Of a stretch of 64,000 bases of DNA, positions 58,561 through 64,000 are shown piece after piece (within the stretch, counting starts at the first letter, position 1; each line of letters starts with the position of its first letter). Below the pieces are notes generated by a model. It saw nothing but the letters and a program-made list of their open reading frames with translations, ran no database searches and was not told the DNA's origin. The DNA lies in contig OZ024741.1 of NCBI GenBank assembly GCA_964016885.1, forward strand, positions 43,152,001-43,216,000. The letters run 5' to 3'. A program made the position numbers and the translations under genes. The stretch comes from Eledone cirrhosa (lineage: Eukaryota).

Positions 58561-59812
58561 TGACAGAGGCAAATGTTATTAATAATATTAATTGTGGAAT
58601 TTTTCAGGGTGACTCTTTATCACCGCTTTTATTCTGCATCGCACTTATATCATTAAGTAAAATGCTCAATGAAACAAAACATGGATATAAAGTCTATGAC
58701 AAAACCATTAATCACTTGTTCTACATGGATGACCTGAATCTCTTTGCAAAAATTGATAAGTTCAGTGATGATATTAAAATGGTATTTGGACTAGATAAAT
58801 GCACCAAAGCCATGTTCCACCGAGGAAAGCTGCTGAGAAGTTCAGACATTAACCTTGATCGGGCGAATGTGATAAGAGAACTTGATCAAGAAAAAACTTA
58901 CAAATATCTAGGTGTTTGTGAAGGAGTCGGAATCAAGCACACGACAATGAGGGAAAGGATAAAGAAAGGAATGTTACCGCAGAGTAAGAGAAATCTTAAG
59001 AAGGGAATTGAATGCCAGGAATAGGATCGATACCATAAACACGCTTGCCATAGCAGTAGTAACCTACAGTTACAATGTCATCAACTGGTCAAGCACAGAG
59101 ATCCGTAGGCTCGATATAAAAATTAGAAATGTCTTAACCATGCACAGAATGCATCACCCTAAGGCAGATACAGATAGAATATATCTCCCTAGGAAAGAAG
59201 GTGGATGTGGATTAATCTAGTCAGATATATCTTTGAAAACTGCAACAATTGGATTATCTACATATCTAAGGGAAGCATGTGATTGGATGATCAAACTCGT
59301 TTTGAACATGAAAGCAACAAAAGATTATACTCCATTACAAAAGATGCACATAGATACAATATTTGAGAAGTTCCATTTACTGCTGAAATGGAAAACACAG
59401 AAAAAGCAAAGCAGGTAAAAGTAACTGCAAAGAAAGAACTGCTCCAGAAACTGGCTAAGAAATGGCAAGAAAAGCCTCTGTATTGAAAATACCCAGAAAG
59501 AGCTAGCAATCCTGATGTTGACAAAACTTTAACCCATCAGTGGTTGGCATCCTCTGGACTGAAATCGGGGCTGAAAGACTGATTATATCAGCACAAGATC
59601 AGTGTCTGCCAATAAAAGATTATCAAGCCAACCTAATAAAAAATGGATGCAACCCATTATGGCTTGTATGTAAAAAACAACCAGAGACCATTGACCATAT
59701 AATTTCAATGTGCAGTCCTATAGTTCCAACGGAATACATAAAAAGGCACGACAGAGCTTCACAATACATACATTAGTTAATGTGTAAGTATTTTGACCTG
59801 CCCCATATGGGA
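58560..59812 (+). mobile_element. R4/Dong-like retrotransposon fragment (second family), degenerate
   Basis: GIFQGDSLSPLLF, HLFYMDDL, YKYLG, HHPKADTDRIYLPRKEGG, SAQDQ, ETIDHIISMC, RHD; interrupted at 59812 by (TA)n and a PLE derivative. Confidence 0.88.
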
Positions 59813-59834
59813 GCATATATATATATATATATAT

Positions 59835-61257
<1,423 letters not shown>

Positions 61258-61769
61258 TGTGTGCTCAGTATTGGTGGTTTGGTTACAATTAACCAAAGAA
61301 AGAAACTTTATGCCAGAAATAATTGAAAAAACAAAAGAAATTAGAATGACAACAAAGAATAAAAGAAAAACAATAAAATAAAACGAAACCATTGTATGAG
61401 AAAAAAAATGTATGTAAACAGAAAAAAAATGTTAGTAGAGTATTTTGATATCTAAAATAACCACTATTTAGACATACTACACAGATTAGATGAATTATTT
61501 AGTTTATTTCCAAGAAGGAAAATAATTCCATCAGATTGTGAAGAAGGAAAACATTCGTGGACTATAGGAAAACATTAATAGAATTTTCATACTGTTCTGT
61601 GTATATGTCGTGTAATTTAAAGTTACATTTCTATCTACTTCCTCCACCTCTTCACGGTCATTCTCACCATTTACGCCTATCGTTTAACACACACAGAAAC
61701 TCTATTTCTCTTTCTGTCCCACAAACTCAAAAACACAAAGGCACACACGCAACACACAACGCACACACG

Positions 61770-61803
<34 letters not shown>

Positions 61804-61861
61804 CAAATATATATATATGTAAATGAATATATCGACAATATAAATATGTATATAAATACAC

Positions 61862-61909
<48 letters not shown>

Positions 61910-62193
61910 TGATATATATATATATATATATGACAGGATAAACAAAGAGATGCAAAAACAAAATCTTGTTCGTATCACATGTAAATATGAAGAATGTTCT
62001 CTTACAGGCAACGGAATAATAGATAACGAATGACACCAGCCTAAACCAACCAATGAACTACATTTACGCAGAAACAATATTTAATGACATAATAAAATAA
62101 CGTTCACTATTAAATATTTCTTGACTGTTCAACAAAATTTGGAAGGAGTGTTTGATGACTCTGACCCCATGACCCTCTCAGGAATAAGTGGGT

Positions 62194-62270
62194 GAAGAAG
62201 AAGAAGAAGAAGAAGAAGAAGAAGAAGAAGAAGAAGAAGAAGAAGAAGAAGAAGAAGAAGAAGAAGAAGA
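62194..62270. repeat. (GAA)n microsatellite
   Basis: Direct reading. Confidence 0.97.
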
Positions 62271-62728
62271 TATATATACGTGTTCGTGTATGTGTTTGTT
62301 TGTATATGCGTTTGTGTATTTAAAAAAAGTCCAATGGAGATAAACTACACTGGAGAACAGAACACTCAAATTATGCTATATTTTTTAAACACTTCATTTA
62401 GTTGGAATAGAATCTTAACGTACGGGATGTTTCAATGGAAAACAGAAAAATAGAAATAAGTGAGATGTTGGTCAGTAAGGAGACAAACGACGACAGACGT
62501 AAATGAAACGTCCAAAAGAGTAGAATGTAGAAAACATACGTTATGTGGCTGTTTAGCCAACATGTCAAATGATTGTTAGGAAATACATTCAAGAGGAATT
62601 AATCATCACTAGTGGTAAAAAGCAAATGTCTGGTTGTGTTTGTGTGCCTGTGCGTGATTTTCTGTGTACGTGTTTCGTCCCTGTTCTGACATATGCATAT
62701 ACATTTGCATACACACACACAGACACAT

Positions 62729-62772
<44 letters not shown>

Positions 62773-62868
62773 GTTTAATGAAAAACAGTTAGTTGATTTA
62801 GAATCAGCTGACGTTTATATAACAGATGCCAAGCACTCAACTGTATATGTTTATCCGGAGTTTTAACA

Positions 62869-62998
62869 ATAATAATTGTTTCTGCTTTTGGCACAAGGCC
62901 AGCAATTATCAAGTGTAATACTGGTACTTTATTTTATCGACTGCGTAAGGATGAAAGGCAAAGTTAACCTCGGCGGGATTTGAACTCAGACCATAAAG
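62869..62998 (-). mobile_element. SINE family A, 5'-truncated, 12-bp TSD
   Basis: TSD ggagttttaaca at 62857-62868 and 62999-63010. Confidence 0.88.
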
Positions 62999-64000
62999 GG
63001 AGTTTTAACATAATAATAATAAACGAAAGACAGTTACTTTAGTCATCCCAATTTATTTTATTATACGTATTTCGAAGATGCAAGGCTTATGTATAACAAT
63101 CCAAACTTGTTCTCTTCAGATAAAATCCACGGGATATGTAAAATTCATTTGATATGCAGACGGTCAGACGAGCTGTTCAGATCCGTATCCGCAAGCATAT
63201 GAGTTAAAAAACACAACCTCAACACAGAGATATTATATGAGTGGGAGAAATATCATAGTTGGTATTGACGTTTTTGAAATGACAAGAGTATGGTGATACC
63301 GGATTGGTAAAATCAAATCAAAATAAAAACAAATATTGAGCGTTAGTCTATTTATTTATAACTTATGTTAGATTAAATTAGGTATTATACTAAAAAATAT
63401 ATTCGAAGATGCTAATGTAATATTGTAACTATATAATAGAGACAAATTTCTAAATTACTAATTTCGTAGACAAATTATCTTAGTTTACGTATACAATTTA
63501 ATTTAGTAGGTATGAGTGTGGAAAAACATATTTAACAATTGGTATCGCTATTTTATAACTGGGTAGTTTATCATTATATGATATTATTCAAATGGTTCAA
63601 TGGAAAAGATCTATTTGTTGTAACCTAATTATTTAAAAGGAAAGATGCCTAATTTGACAATTTATATTAAAATTAATTCATTTATATACTAATTAAAGTT
63701 AAAATAGATGTAAAAGTTGTGATGAAATACTATAACACTCATTTGTTTTATTTAGCTTATTAACGATTAAAAAATAAAATAGCTTAAAATCTATATATAA
63801 CGAAAATTGATTATTACTTATTTAATAGTCTATTTTGTTTAGAATTTAACTAAATACCCTATGAAACGTTTTGCTAAACTTATGAAGTCAAGAACTAAAG
63901 GTTTTCAAGCGTTTGTTTATAATGAATTGCCTATTACGAATGATGTGGCGAATCCCTGTTGTACAGAGGTAATATCCCTTAGATATAGATGCATTTTCAT

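Overview
AT-rich eukaryotic non-coding DNA, probably intronic or intergenic. The SINE types, (TA)n/(CA)n density and LINE content suggest an octopus or other coleoid cephalopod (inference). No intact protein-coding gene is evident, and almost all ORF-track entries are retroelement debris or microsatellite artefacts. Bases 1.3-17 kb and 55.4-59.8 kb are clusters of decayed non-LTR retrotransposons (R4/Dong-type RT-RLE and Tx1/L1-type APE-RT) sitting in (AAT)n tracts. Bases 20-50 kb and 59.8-61.2 kb are dominated by Penelope-like elements (PLEs; GIY-YIG endonuclease, several Naiad-like) and short non-autonomous foldback derivatives inserted in (TA)n tracts. The most notable signal is about 20 type I hammerhead ribozyme (HHR) motifs, intact or decayed, from about 9 sequence families. 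They sit in terminal repeats, often as inverted pairs or near-perfect palindromes. They include CCGANGA and U3-A8 core variants, a retrozyme-like direct-repeat unit, and a GTACTCAATAC tail motif shared between families. Also present are tRNA-derived SINEs with target-site duplications, Helitron-like and mariner-like non-autonomous elements, and one or two possible host exons. All ribozyme folds were derived by eye and are untested.
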